Assembly (NCBI RefSeq): GCF_016433145.1
Contig: NC_058132.1
Span: 346,083,751 to 346,147,750 of the forward strand
Length of the DNA stretch: 64,000 nucleotides
Source of the DNA: Gracilinanus agilis
Lineage: Eukaryota
Reading direction: 5' to 3'
In this document: piece after piece, positions 1-11,640 of the stretch
Layout of the letters: each line of letters begins with the position of its first letter
Numbering within the stretch: position 1 is the first letter of the stretch
Notes under the pieces: model-generated
Seen by the model: only the letters and a program-made list of their open reading frames with translations
Database searches by the model: none
What the model was told of the DNA's origin: nothing
Position numbers and translations under genes: made by a program

Positions 1-150
1 ATCGCGCCACTGCCCCCCCTAAAAAAGTGATATTCTTCATCCTCATCTCAAGAGCCAAAGTCTCCATATAAAGCAGAGCTAGGTTAAGAATTTAGATCTT
101 CAGATTCTAAATCCAGTGTTCTTATACTATCTTAACTTATACAACTACTT

Positions 151-615
151 GTTGTGTGGAGATGCAAAGCATGGAATCCTTGCAAAGGTACAGGGATAGC
201 CTCACCCAGAATTCCAGGGGACCCCCCTGGAGAACTTTGGGTGAGGGGGCAGTTGAGAAGGGTTGGAGACAGTTAATTTGTGGGAGTGGATGTGAGCAGA
301 CACTCTGCTTGCTACTCCTGACTTGGGGGTTCACCTGAGGTGGCCATTGTAGCATAAGCCAGTGGTTTCTACTCATAGGGTTAGCCTGTTATTACTATTC
401 TTCATTAATATAATTATATAATTACTTAGTGATTAGAGAGTAAGGATATCAATAGCAAGAGAGTGTCTGCTCACATCCACTCCCACAAATTAACTGTCTC
501 CAACCCTTCTCAACTACCCCCTCACCCAAAGTTCTCCAGGGGGGTCCCCTGGAATTCTGGGTGAGGCTATCCCTGTACCTTTGCAAGGATTCCATGCTTT
601 GCATCTCCACACAAC
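151..615. repeat. Long near-perfect inverted repeat: arms 151-314 and 453-615, 138-bp spacer
   Basis: The reverse complement of 453-615 matches 151-314 with only one substitution and one 1-bp indel by manual comparison. Confidence 0.95.
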
Positions 616-1351
616 TACGAAGAGTGAAGATACTTAGTTTAAAAGTTCAGCTGAGCTCTATTAACACAACAATTTTCCTAGGCCTCCTCAATCTTTTCAA
701 ATAAAATAGTTATTGTTCCTAGTGATTCTCCCAGCTTCAAAATTCCATGTTTCTATAAATCACAGATAATCAATCACAATTCTGACAAAAATTGGAATTA
801 AGAACAATAAATTTCTGCTCTATTGTTTATCACCTGTGAGACACTGAGCAGATTACTTAATTTCTTAAGAGTTTCTCTTTTATTATCTAATAATGATGGG
901 ATTGAACTAGATTATTTCTAGACTCTCTTCTAGTTTCCTATAATCTGTGAATTATAGGAAACTAAATCTGTGAAACTTTTCTAATTTCCTGGGTCAGACC
1001 ATGTCAGATAAATGTATTAAAGGAATTATGATTTCTAGTCTTTTATTCTTAATAAAGCTATCGACTATGTTGGGATGTTTCCACTTGAAAACTTAAAATA
1101 GGCTTGTCAAGCAACTACTGACCTACACAATCTATACACCTTATAATGAAAACACAGGGGGCAAATATGAAAACAAAAACCAGTAGACAGGTGGGAAAAG
1201 TTTAGTAAGGGGAAGGTGGAAATGAGGTAAAGACTAGAATCTCAAAGTTCTACATAAGGTTTGTAATAAACCATGCTAAATTAAGATCCTACTCTGCAAT
1301 TTCACCAATGAACATTTATTATTAATAATTGTCAAGAATTATTATATTTAC

Positions 1352-1551
1352 TCTCTGACAAGGAGCTCTTTGAGGCGATCCCATCCTGTCTCTGCGTAAA
1401 CTGGACCCTTAATGTGATGAGGCAGAGTTTCCTCCGGGGAGGGGCCTGAGGCAGTTGCAATGGTGCTTTCTTCAGCAAAGACCGTTGGGAAAGGGACTAA
1501 TACCTCCCATGCTCTTCTCAAACAAGTCTTCCGTGGTATCTCCATCCCCAT
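1352..1551 (-). CDS. TIMMDC1: TIMMDC1 (complex I assembly factor) first coding exon; gene continues off the left edge
   Basis: Translation M(GM)EIPRK...VYAETGWDRLKELLVRE resembles the TIMMDC1 N-terminus (human ...YPESGWDRLRELFGKD). Phase-2 GT donor at 1351-1350 (GA|GTAAAT). In-frame ATGs at 1551 and 1545. Lies downstream of POGLUT1 as in the human locus. Confidence 0.85.
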
Positions 1552-1617
1552 TTCTTGGTACTATGAAAATACAGTCAAGTGACAAACATTAGTGCCACAA
1601 AGGCCTTGGCAGCTGGG

Positions 1618-1657
<40 letters not shown>

Positions 1658-1658
1658 A

Positions 1659-1848
1659 GGGGGCAGCTGGGTAGCTCAGTGGATGAGAGCCAGGCCTAAA
1701 GACGGAGGTCCTAGGTTCAAATCTGACCTCAGACACTTCCCAGCTGTGTGACCCTGGGCAAGTCACTTGACTCCCATTGCCTACCCTTACCACTCTTCTG
1801 CCTTGGTGACTCCAAGACGGAAGGTAAGGGTTTAAAAAAAAAAAAAAA
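1659..1848 (+). mobile_element. Opossum-type tRNA/CORE SINE (SINE1_Mdo-like) with a short internal deletion in the tail
   Basis: GGGGCAGCTGGGTAGCTCAGTGGA head, GTTCAAATC B box, CORE GTGTGACCCTGGGCAAGTCACTT, tail GGAAGGTAAGGGTTT plus poly-A. Confidence 0.9.
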
Positions 1849-2075
1849 GTGGGAAAGAGGAAGGAAGGAGGAAAGGAAGAAAAAACGGGTAAATGGGAAA
1901 GAAAAACAGCAAAAGAGAAAGGAAGGGGAAAAGAGAAACAGAGAAAAGGAGAGAGGAATGGAAGGGAGAGAAAAGGGGGAAATGAAGCAGAGAAAGAAGG
2001 GCAGAAAAAGAGGGAAAGATAAGAAAAAAAAAAATCCAACAGCCAAAAAATCCGAATACTAAAAAGAAAAAACAA
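1849..2075 (+). repeat. Purine-rich (GA/A) low-complexity tract
   Basis: Almost exclusively A and G. It explains the F/S/L/P-rich and K/R/E-rich spurious ORFs here. Confidence 0.9.
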
Positions 2076-2379
2076 ATTACACACACGTTTGTTATCTATC
2101 GCCCCAAAGGAAGGCTCGGTCTGTCCCAGGAGGATGAAGCGAGCCCAAAGCCGGCACTTACTGAGGGTCCTAGAGAAGCGCCCCGGTGTCAAGGACTGCA
2201 GTGAACTAGTAGTGTCAAGATGGCCAAGGTCCCAAATTCGTCTCATACATTTACTAAGTGTATGGACTTGGGGCAAGTCACTTAACCTTTCTGGTCCTCA
2301 GTTTCTCCATCAGTAAAAAAACAAAAAACAAACCAAAAAAAAAAACGAAGGAAACCAGATGACCTCCAAAAATTTTACG

Positions 2380-2560
2380 GGTTCTAGAAAACGCTTCCCT
2401 ACCGGCTTCTCGGGCCAACCCGGAAGTTCTTCCCAGTAACCCACAGGAAGTCCTGCCCCTCGACTCAATAGGTATGGTAGAGGTCGGCGCCAGGACGCCG
2501 TAACCTAGTGATCAGACGCGCATGCGCATTTATTCTTGCGACCTCCAGGATCTTGTTCTG
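2380..2560 (-). promoter_or_regulatory. TIMMDC1 CpG-rich promoter with ETS/GABP and NRF1 motifs
   Basis: Local CpG cluster. CCGGAAGT at 2420-2427, CAGGAAGT at 2444-2451 and a perfect NRF1 site CGCGCATGCGCA at 2517-2528. This combination is typical of nuclear-encoded mitochondrial genes. Confidence 0.7.
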
Positions 2561-2928
2561 GTTCCTCTTGTAACGCCTGGGAGATCCAACACTTCTTTAT
2601 CAGGAAACTGAGACCTAAGGAAGTGAAGTGATTACTCTTGGCACACAGGTGCAGATCTGACATTAAAAAGAAACTGGGCTTCGTACCCAACCATTCCAAC
2701 ACTCCTTTTTCTCTTCCTAAACAAAGCATTTATTAAGCACATACAGAGCTAGGAGAAAGGGGAAGAGCAGAGGCCCAAACTGACAGAGGAGCGTCCTTTG
2801 TCCCCTCCCCCCCCCCCCCCCAGAGGATCATCCCTTAGAGCTGGCATTCTAGAACTCGAGTGTCCACTGAAATGAAGGTGCAGATGAATGTTGCACCATC
2901 CTAGAAAACAGGATTTTATTCTCTCTCT

Positions 2929-3138
2929 TTTTTTTTTAAACCCTTACCTTCCGTCTTAGAACCAATACTGGGTACTGTGTATTGGTTCTAAGGCAGAAGA
3001 GTGGTAAGAGCTAGGCAATGGGGGTTAAGTGACTTGCCCAGGGTAACACAGCTAGGAAGTGCCTGAGGTCAAATTTGAAACCAGGACCTCCTGTCTCTGG
3101 ATCTGACTCTCAATTCACTGAGCCACCCAGCTGCCCTC
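2929..3138 (-). mobile_element. SINE1_Mdo-like SINE, full length
   Basis: Reverse-complement match to the same head, CORE and tail as 1659-1848, with poly-T at the left end. Confidence 0.9.
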
Positions 3139-3220
3139 TTCTCATTTGTTTTTAATTGACAAGTTTATTGTCCTATTCACAGCAAACAGAGGCAAAATAT
3201 ATATGTGTGTGTATATATAT

Positions 3221-3254
<34 letters not shown>

Positions 3255-4129
3255 CAAATACCTATAGTCCAGCCCAACAATTCCCACATTGGCTGTTTGC
3301 TATTAGTCATTTTGAGGCCATCACTTTCTGTCGGGAGATGGGTAGCATTTTTATCAGTCTGCTGCAAGTCCTTGAATTGGCCAGAATTATATCTTTCAAT
3401 ATTAATAATGACTAACATTTATACAGTATTTACTATGCCCCAAGCATAGTGCTAAGCATTTAAAACAGGTGCTAATTGCTCCTAGGAAATTCCAATTTCC
3501 CCCCATTCCTGAGGAAGGACAAGTGGCCTTTTAAAGTACCAAATCACCCAAATGATACGCAGTATCTCCCTTCACAAACTTCTCTCCTCACCAATAGGAG
3601 CAGGAGTATTCATCTCTGGAACACCCTCCCACCACAAAAACAAGGCATCTAGTTCCCCCCACTGTCTTTTCAATCCTCTCCTCTCCTCATCCGTTTTCCT
3701 TGTAGGCTCTTCTCATCCTGAAAGACCATAGGAGTCATCTTCTCATTGCTAGCCCTTGTTTTAATCCAGGCACATTATATATTCCTCTCTCCTCTCATAT
3801 ACTATCCCATTATTTAATATAGTACCATAAAAATCATTGATTCACCTAGTAGGCAGGTTTCCATTTTCTGTCCATAACCCTCAAGGTCCACCTCTTTATT
3901 GTTACCTTCACTAAACTTCTATCTTTGCCTCTGTCAATTTGTGTATATTTAGGAAGGCTTATTGGTCCCTCTCTACTGTCCCTTCAATGCTGTTGCTGTT
4001 ACTATTGTTATTGTTGTCATTGGCTGCTGCATTTATTCATCCCTTCTGTATTTTTGTTGTCTAGAATTTCCAAAAAGCAAATAATCTCCACACCTCTGGT
4101 TTTCGTTCTAAGAATATTTCAAATATCCT

Positions 4130-4580
4130 TCTTATAACTATATGTCCATCTTTTTTCACTTATGAAATGGACATTTTGTAGGATAGGTTACCATGAGCAA
4201 CACATCCTGAGTTCCATTCTTTGGAACACATTCTCCATTTCTTCCTGCATTTTATGGTCAATGCAGAATAGTCTTGTTATTTGAATTTTTCTTTCATATT
4301 TGAAGATCTTTCTCCTGATTGTATGTAAAACTTGTTTCCAAATTAAACTATTAAAATTAACCACTGCGTAACCTTGGTTTTTTTCCGGAAATGATCTATG
4401 AATTCTTTCAATTGTATTTCATTTTCTTTGTTCATAAATTATGGACAGTTTTTATTATTTCTTGCATTATGATGTTCAAGTTTTTCATCTTATTTCTTCC
4501 TGGGACACCTATGGTCCTTCACCTATTCCTATACATCTTGTCTTTGAGATCAACATATTTCCTTTGCATAATGACCATAT
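4130..4580 (-). mobile_element. Old L1-like fragment
   Basis: T-rich degenerate sequence resembling antisense marsupial L1. Boundaries approximate. Confidence 0.4.
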
Positions 4581-5754
4581 TTTCCTTAAGTGTTTGTTTG
4601 GCCACCACAACTGTGCGTTTGTATTCCCAAGCTATTCTTTTGTTTCCTTGATGAAACAGCATTTCATATTCCAGTTTTTCTATTCTGCTCATTATTTTTG
4701 CTGTACAAGTCATAAATTCTACTCTCATTCTCATTTCTCTTTTGAACAACTCGGGATTATCATGTAATAATTTAGTTCCATGAAAAAAAGAGGAAAAAAA
4801 GAAAAGAGGAAGGGCAAACAGGTGTTTCAAGTCTTTGGGCTAGCTAATGGCAGTATCATAAGTGAGGGTGGAGTGCTATTTTCAGAGGTGTTGATGGGTG
4901 TCTCATCAGTGTCGATTTTCCTTTGTTTTATAGTATTTTTTTTTCATAGATGCCTGAATTTATTAGAACCAGAAGCCATATTTCCTTTTACTGTTTTCCC
5001 TGTTGACTTAATCTGCTTAAGTTCAAGTTCTTTTGAGTTTTCTTCTTCCTGACATCTTTAATATTTTGACTCCCCAACATCCCTATTATTTTCCCATTGC
5101 TTACTTTTTGACTACCTCCCCTCTGGTGGCTAAGTCCCAAATAGTTTCAGCCTCCTTTCAGCCTGGGCAAGTCATGGTTCACCAGTCTTGGGCTCTGCCT
5201 CAGATGACTTTGGATGGCCTCAGGTGGATATTGAGCTCTTTCCCTAGGGATCTGTGGAGTGCTAAACAGCTAACCCCCCAACTTGTATAGCATTCTATCC
5301 AAATATCTTGTTTTGCTCCTTCTGTTCTGCAGTTCTCTAGCTCTAGCAGTCCAGAACATCAATAGATAAGGTGCTACCAGGTTGATTTCTATAGTGTGGG
5401 TTTCCAAAGTTCTGTAAAGTAAGGTATTTTGTTGAGTTCTATTTCAGGATTAGACATTTGTCTTGCCACTTTCTCTGTTCCTGGTTTCCTTCAGAATCTC
5501 TTGCAGCACAAACCACTGCATATCAGTACTGGCTATTGATATACCAATTGGCTGTTGAGATGCTGTCCATCATGGCCCAGCAAGCTTCTACCCCTGAAGC
5601 ATTATCCAGATGAATTGAGGGTAACAGGTGTGTTAGGTCTTTGGCTCAGCTAGTGATAGTGTGGGAGGTGAGGTGAAGTGCTGAGTATCAGGGTTGGTAT
5701 AATTAGTTGATGTTTTCTCCTAAATTTAAACCTTTTAGATTCAGTGTCCTAGCC

Positions 5755-6355
5755 CAGTATTATCAAACTCAAATAGAAAAGGTAAGCATACCTATTGACT
5801 TAGAAAACCCCAAATTAACATTATTATTATAAATAAAAATTAATCTTAGAGATTTTATACTAAATTTATAAGTATTTATTAGTGAAGAGAAAGAAAGCAA
5901 GAAATAAGGTTTCTAGCCTTTCTAACTTAGAGATTACAAATTGTGGTTCTTAGATTGGGTGGCCTGTGCTTGCCAGAGATGGCAACAGATAAGCCCCAGG
6001 ATGGCTCTGAGAGAGCTCCTTTCACAAGCCCAAAAAATGGTAGAGAGAGGGCCAGCTTGCTTCACTTGATGGCTTTTTAAGCTCAGTCTAAATCCTTCCC
6101 TAAACTTCAGTTCCTACATTTCACATCCCTTGACTACCACCGGTCGGGAATCTCACCTGCCACACAGGCAAATTAAGACACAAGACTGTGACCACTATTA
6201 CATGAGACTTCCAGGCCTAGATATTTAATTCACATGATCATCTATGTTGTATTATATTTTTATTTGACTAAACATTTCCCAATTACATTTTAATCTCTTT
6301 CAGGCTGCAGTGGGTAGTTTTGTAGGCTCCTTCAGCTGTCATTTACACCTCTGTC
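5755..6355 (+). mobile_element. Old hAT-type MITE split by a solo LTR
   Basis: The two halves (TCAAACTCAAATAGAAA...TTAGAAAACC and CATTTCCCAATTACATTTTAATCT...ACACCTCTG) match the undivided copies at 31873, 39944, 47342 and 57425. Confidence 0.65.
5826..6234 (-). mobile_element. Probable solo ERV LTR (~410 bp)
   Basis: Minus strand begins TGTGAATTAAA, has AATAAA near its 3' end (plus TTTATT at 5875-5880) and ends ATTTTTATTTATAA. It interrupts a MITE. Confidence 0.6.
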
Positions 6356-7819
6356 CTAGACCATGGAGACAGCTAAAACTGCTTTATTTTTGGCACATAA
6401 TTTATATCTTCCCCCTCCTCCCATACTTCACTATTGTATCATGGAAGGCTTCTTTAGAGATCTCACTGTAATCTAAAAAGTTGGAAGAAAAAAAGAAATA
6501 TTTGGGAGTCTAACATGATCTTACAATGAAAGAATTCTTTACTATACAGAAGTGAGTTATAGGAGAGTCTCACAGAGCTACAAATCTCAGCTGATGACAT
6601 TTACTGAAGTGAACTGTTGGTATTGCCCACAAAATATACCCTCATGATAAATATTACTGATGCCAATTCCAGTAAATGGGAGTCATTCACTTGTAATAGC
6701 TCCTCCTGCCCATTTTTTAAAAGGTACATGAGTTCTTGAAACTGTTTTGAAGAACCAAATTTGTCCTCTTGCTAGATTCTTCCTCTCAAAGGTGACCTTC
6801 CATCTGCTCTGTATGTGTCTTGTATGTACCTATTTAGATACGTTGTAAACTGCTTTAAGACAAGGATTGTTTTTGTTTTTATTTCTTTTCCCAGTCTTTA
6901 GCATAGTAGCTAGCACATAGTAAGTCCTTAATAAATGCTTGTTAATTGATTATATAAACCCCAAAAAATGATTTCTGAGAATAGGTTAGAAGAGAGTAAG
7001 GATTAGAAGTCCAACTGCAATAATTAAGAACTAGTTCCTTTCTACACAAAAATATAAAATCTTCCCCAAGTATAGAAATGTTTACATTTTTTAAAAAAGT
7101 TTAAAAAAATTAATTGCATGATATAAATGATCCCCAAATATTTTATATACATCAGCCAGACTTAGCTGGATCAAACCAGGGGAAACAGCAGAATTCTAGA
7201 GATAAAACCCATTATATTCCTAAATGCCTATTTGTTTACTCTGGATAATGTGCCCAATAGGTCCCAAAAGACATTTTGCATTTAACAATGATCATAAATG
7301 AAATGACCATTACAATTCTTACATAGACAAGTAAAATGAGGCATAATCGTACAGAGCCAATCTAAGACACAGACAAATAAAAACTCACATAGTCTGGTTT
7401 TTTTTGGTCCCTATTTAACCTACAGGGGAAAATGTTGCTTCTATGATCATAAACTAGAATTAAAAGATATCTTGGAGAGTATCCAATCCAACTCCTTCAT
7501 TTTATAGATGAATACACTGAGGCACAAAAAGCTTACTGATTTGCTGAACAGAGTCAGAGAATTAGAACCAAGGTCCTCTGACTACAAATCTGGCTTCCAA
7601 GTCTATGTTCTATTATTGTATGACTGATAATCTGGATCTTTCTTGAGTCTCTGATTGCAGAAAGATAAGGAAAACCAGTTATTTGGTAGGTATTAGATAA
7701 TGTGTAACATATAAGTTACCAAAGTAAATTATAATCTCATCCAAATGAATGAGATAATCTGCATCTTTCCATGAAGATATCCAAATGAAGTCATTCTACC
7801 ACAAGGATAAAAGTAGTTC

Positions 7820-7976
7820 TTAAAGTTCTGTTTTCAAAAGTTTGGGAGTTATTTTGCCATAGTCTTTCTTTTTCTTCACTTTGTAGGACAAAGCTTTGGA
7901 ATATTCAGTCAACAAAATTTTCCAGTAACAGGAAATGTCCTCCATCTGCAAATGGTTGATGATAAATTGTTGCCCT
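7820..7976 (-). CDS. POGLUT1: POGLUT1 exon 11 (last coding exon, 157 nt)
   Basis: CAG acceptor at 7979-7977. Encodes [31 protein letters not shown]...TPKLLKTEL*, with a KDEL-like ER retention signal. Confidence 0.97.
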
Positions 7977-8820
7977 CTGTAGGTAAAAGTGATAACAATA
8001 AGTCAATCATTAATGGAATCTAAAACTAATATATTAAACACATGTATTTGTAAAAAGATCTTAAAAAAATTTTTTTTCCCTTAAAAATCTGATGCCTAGG
8101 AAAGCTAAAGTCTGACAGATTACTAAGGTCAGGACCAATGTGTTTGTTTTGTTTTAATTTTTATTTTTGTATGATAGCCTTAATCTTCATTCTAAAACAC
8201 ATGCAGAAAGAGTTCTTTGCATTGTCTTAGAAAGGCCCTAACAAGGTATACACCATTTTTTGCAACTTTCATTCCTCTACTGAATTAGTCATTAGTATTT
8301 TAGGAACATAGACTCTATAGACTCCTGCCTAAACCATAGACTAGCTAGCTTCCCTTGAATGAAGGTGAATCCTTTTACATCATGCCCATGATAATATTAA
8401 GAAATCTTTATGGAGAACAGGGATTCTTAACCTGGTCTATAGACAGAATTCAGGGGGTCCATGAATTTGTGTGTATAAAAAAAAGTTACATCTTCATTTT
8501 CCCTAACTTTTTGTTGAAGCAACTTTTCTTTCAATTATGACCACAGGCAACAAACCATATTTCATTGGCTTCACCAGACTACCAAAAGAGTGGGGGACAC
8601 AAAAAAGGCTAAGAATCTTTGATACAAAATATACTGGAATAAAAGGGGTAATAAACAAGGCAAGAAGTGTTTATTAAGCACTTACGATATGTTTCAAATG
8701 ATGTTAAGCAAAAAGAAAGATGTTCCTCTGTCCTCAAGAAGCATACATTCTAATCAGGGAAAATAACACAGAGGAGAAAGGAGAGTAGCAAATAAAAAGA
8801 AGAAAGGAAATAAAACTTAC

Positions 8821-8877
8821 CTCTCAGCAATCTGTTGGGCTAGATCATCATTTTCCTTCACAAATTGTAGAAGTTCC
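8821..8877 (-). CDS. POGLUT1: POGLUT1 exon 10 (57 nt)
   Basis: TAG acceptor, GTAAGT donor. Encodes ELLQFVKENDDLAQQIAE(R). Confidence 0.97.
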
Positions 8878-9477
8878 CTAATATTAAAATATAAAATTAT
8901 ACCATATAAGAATGACACAAAATTACTCTAATTGAGGATGGGGACACACAAATAGCTCTAGACTTGTGAGATGTCAGGTGTTCTCCTTAAAGTGGGGACA
9001 AGGAAATAGATAACAAAAGTCACCAACAAGTTAAAAGTCATTCAATTTAGGGTTGACCATGTTTTTTCCCCCTAGAAATATATTCAATTTACCTGTAATG
9101 AAATAAAAGACCAGGACATTTCAAAATTCAGTATTCAGTAAATACAACAACTAGAAACTATAAGGCAGTTTTCTGTTATAATTAATTAAGGCAGAGAGAA
9201 GAAAAAGCAAACTGGGGTAAAGCTAAGAGATTGAAAAGAGCAAATTGAAATACTGAAGGGAGAGATAAAAAGAGAAACAAAGGAGAACAGCAGAAATGGC
9301 CAGTTCAGTGTGGGGCTATGGGTACTATGGTAATTTAGCAATGAAATCTGAAATTCTGATTAGCCTCAGGCCACTCAGAATCTTCCTTTATATAACAGGA
9401 AACCACTAGGCCTATTTTAAAAAAAATTTATAAAGCTTACTTTTGAAAAGCCTTTTTTTTCATGGAATCATAAAGGT

Positions 9478-9483
<6 letters not shown>

Positions 9484-9534
<51 letters not shown>
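9484..9534 (+). repeat. (TG)n microsatellite
   Basis: Perfect dinucleotide run. Confidence 0.95.
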
Positions 9535-9537
<3 letters not shown>

Positions 9538-9609
9538 ACTTAAAAGATTTTTAGAAATTTACTTTGGGTTTTTCAAAGTATCAATTTGCTAGCTCCATCT
9601 TAGACTTTT

Positions 9610-9826
9610 TTTTTTTTAATTTATAATTTTTTTTTAAAACCCTTACCTTCCATCTTGGAGTCAATACCGTGTATTGGCTCCAAGGCAGAAGAGCGGTAAG
9701 GGTGGGCAAAGGAGTCAAGTGACTTGCCCAGAGTCACACAGCTGGGAAGTGTCTGAGGTCAGATTTGAACCTAGGACCTCCCGTCTCTAGGCCTGGCTCT
9801 CAATCCACTGAGCTACCCAGCTGCCC
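9610..9826 (-). mobile_element. SINE1_Mdo-like SINE with target-site duplication
   Basis: Full-length antisense SINE flanked by the direct repeat CTCCATCTTAGACTTTT (9593-9609 and 9827-9843). Confidence 0.92.
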
Positions 9827-10226
9827 CTCCATCTTAGACTTTTTGACAATTTAAGAGATAACTGGTAGGTGTTTGCTCTCAAAGAAATTATGGCTGCCTT
9901 GTTTTACAATGCTTGAATGAACTTACTAGACTAAAATGGACTTTTATTGGATGCAAGTTCCTTGAGAAAAAGATTATTTCTTATTTATTTTCCCTAGCAC
10001 CTCCAACAGTTCACTTCGTATATATGGTAGGTATATAATGACTGATGAATTTGTTCTACACCAAATTCCATTTGAGATCCAATTGTTTTAAATAGTGAAG
10101 TAACATATATATCTGTGACTCAAAACAGTCAAAATAAAAACATCCATTAAAAAAAAAAAGAAACTTTCAGAAAGAAATGGGAACAGCAAAATGATTAGGA
10201 ACAAACTGATTAACAGAGCCTCATAC

Positions 10227-10394
10227 CCGACATTGGAGAGGTCTGTATTGACTGGGATGTAGTGAACCCATGGCTTCAGCTGTGCATAGAAGAATTCTTG
10301 CCATTCCTCACCTACATGAAAGACTAGTGAGCCACATAGGAAGAGGTGTTTGAATCGGAAACTTGCAGCTACCCCCCGAAAATTAAACAGGTAT
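10227..10394 (-). CDS. POGLUT1: POGLUT1 exon 9 (168 nt)
   Basis: CAG acceptor, GTATGA donor. Encodes [55 protein letters not shown], the CAP10/GT90 core. Confidence 0.97.
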
Positions 10395-10882
10395 CTGAAA
10401 AAGAGAAAATTAGTGCTAAATATTTCCGGACACAAATGACAACTTTTTTTTTTTCATTCATCTATTTCTTCTCTTCTCCCTCTGATCATGTCTTTCCTAT
10501 TTCTATTCTCTTCCCTCCTTGTCTTTCTAAACTCTGCTGTAGGTAGAGTTGACTCCCTCTAGGTAGCTTTCAACTCAGGCCATGAACATAAGATTTTCTC
10601 TTGTTCCCTATATAATTAGCCTCTAGTTTTAAAAATGGTCTGAACAAATATTTGCTTGAATTGTGATCCAAAGGAGTTTTGGCATGGTTGTCTGTGAAGA
10701 TCTCCACTGACTTCAAATATCTCTAAAAAAGATTTATTTCTAAGCTAAATATTACTTAATATGATTTTACTCTTAAATTTCAGTCAGGCCTTGAGTGCTA
10801 GAGCTGACTCACCAAAAGCTAATGCACAAATCAATATTGGGGGAAAAGAAAGATGAATGGATATATCTAACTGAAACCTTAC

Positions 10883-10941
10883 TTATACTTGCAGTGATCC
10901 ACAAGTGGGACTTCCTTAGCAGGTGGTTTTCCAAGAGTATC
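10883..10941 (-). CDS. POGLUT1: POGLUT1 exon 8 (59 nt)
   Basis: AAG acceptor, GTAAGG donor. Encodes DTLGKPPAKEVPLVDHCKY(K). Confidence 0.96.
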
Positions 10942-11460
10942 CTTTAAATTAGAAAGAAATTTTTAAAATTAACTTCATGTAATTCAGTTTTGAATAATTT
11001 CTGTTGAACAGTTATGGATTAGCAATTAATCTAAAAATAATTAATTATCTAATAATAAGCAATTAATAACTGATCTACAATATTTCAAATTCCTGACTCA
11101 CAAAGACAACTGTGTAACTATAGCCCAGAGAGATATAAATTTAAAGATATCAAAAAGTGAATAGAAAATAGATGATATGTAGCAGAAACAATCCACTGAA
11201 GGAAATAACGTGTAACCAGTGATACACTTAATTAAAAAATCATTATCATATAAAAGTGATGCTCTGCCTAGAGTCTAGAAAACACATTTAAAAGTAAATA
11301 TTTTCCAATGTTTCTTTACCCAAGACAATTCAGCTGGAAAGAGTGCCCTGATTCTGGATAACTAGTATCAATTCTTTAGATGAAATATCCCTCAAATGGA
11401 AGTGTAATCATACTTCCCTAGTTATCCTAATATAATGGAAATAACCCTTCTTTTTCTTTT

Positions 11461-11640
11461 TTGTTTTTTAAACCCTTACCTGATGTCTTAAATATCAATT
11501 CTAAAACAGAAGAGAGATAAGAGCCAGGCAAATGAGGTTAAATGAGTTGCCCAGAGACACGCAACCAGAAGTGTCTGGTAAGATCTAAACACAAGTCCTC
11601 CCAACTCCAGGCCTGTGCTACCTAGTTGCTTACCTAACTC
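11461..11640 (-). mobile_element. Diverged opossum-type SINE
   Basis: AAACCCTTACC tail and CORE-like segment in antisense. Confidence 0.75.

Noticed and set aside
137-376. Short ORFs on both strands in the inverted-repeat arm
   Set aside because: Under 80 aa, no recognisable domain, intronic.
1659-1740. tRNA-like A and B boxes in SINE heads
   Set aside because: SINE-derived, with no complete cloverleaf; not tRNA genes.
1575-2276. Overlapping ORFs up to 233 aa
   Set aside because: Products of a SINE plus a purine-rich low-complexity tract, with biased F/S/L/P or K/R/E composition and no domain.
6900-7819. POGLUT1 poly(A) site
   Set aside because: No unambiguous canonical signal with downstream elements could be picked out from the AT-rich background.
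10088-10435. Track ORFs overlapping POGLUT1 or TMEM39A exons (also 13607-13927, 20001-20267, 49300-49566, 55415-55723) read as stand-alone genes
   Set aside because: Homology is confined to segments bounded by AG/GT splice sites; the flanks are intronic read-through.
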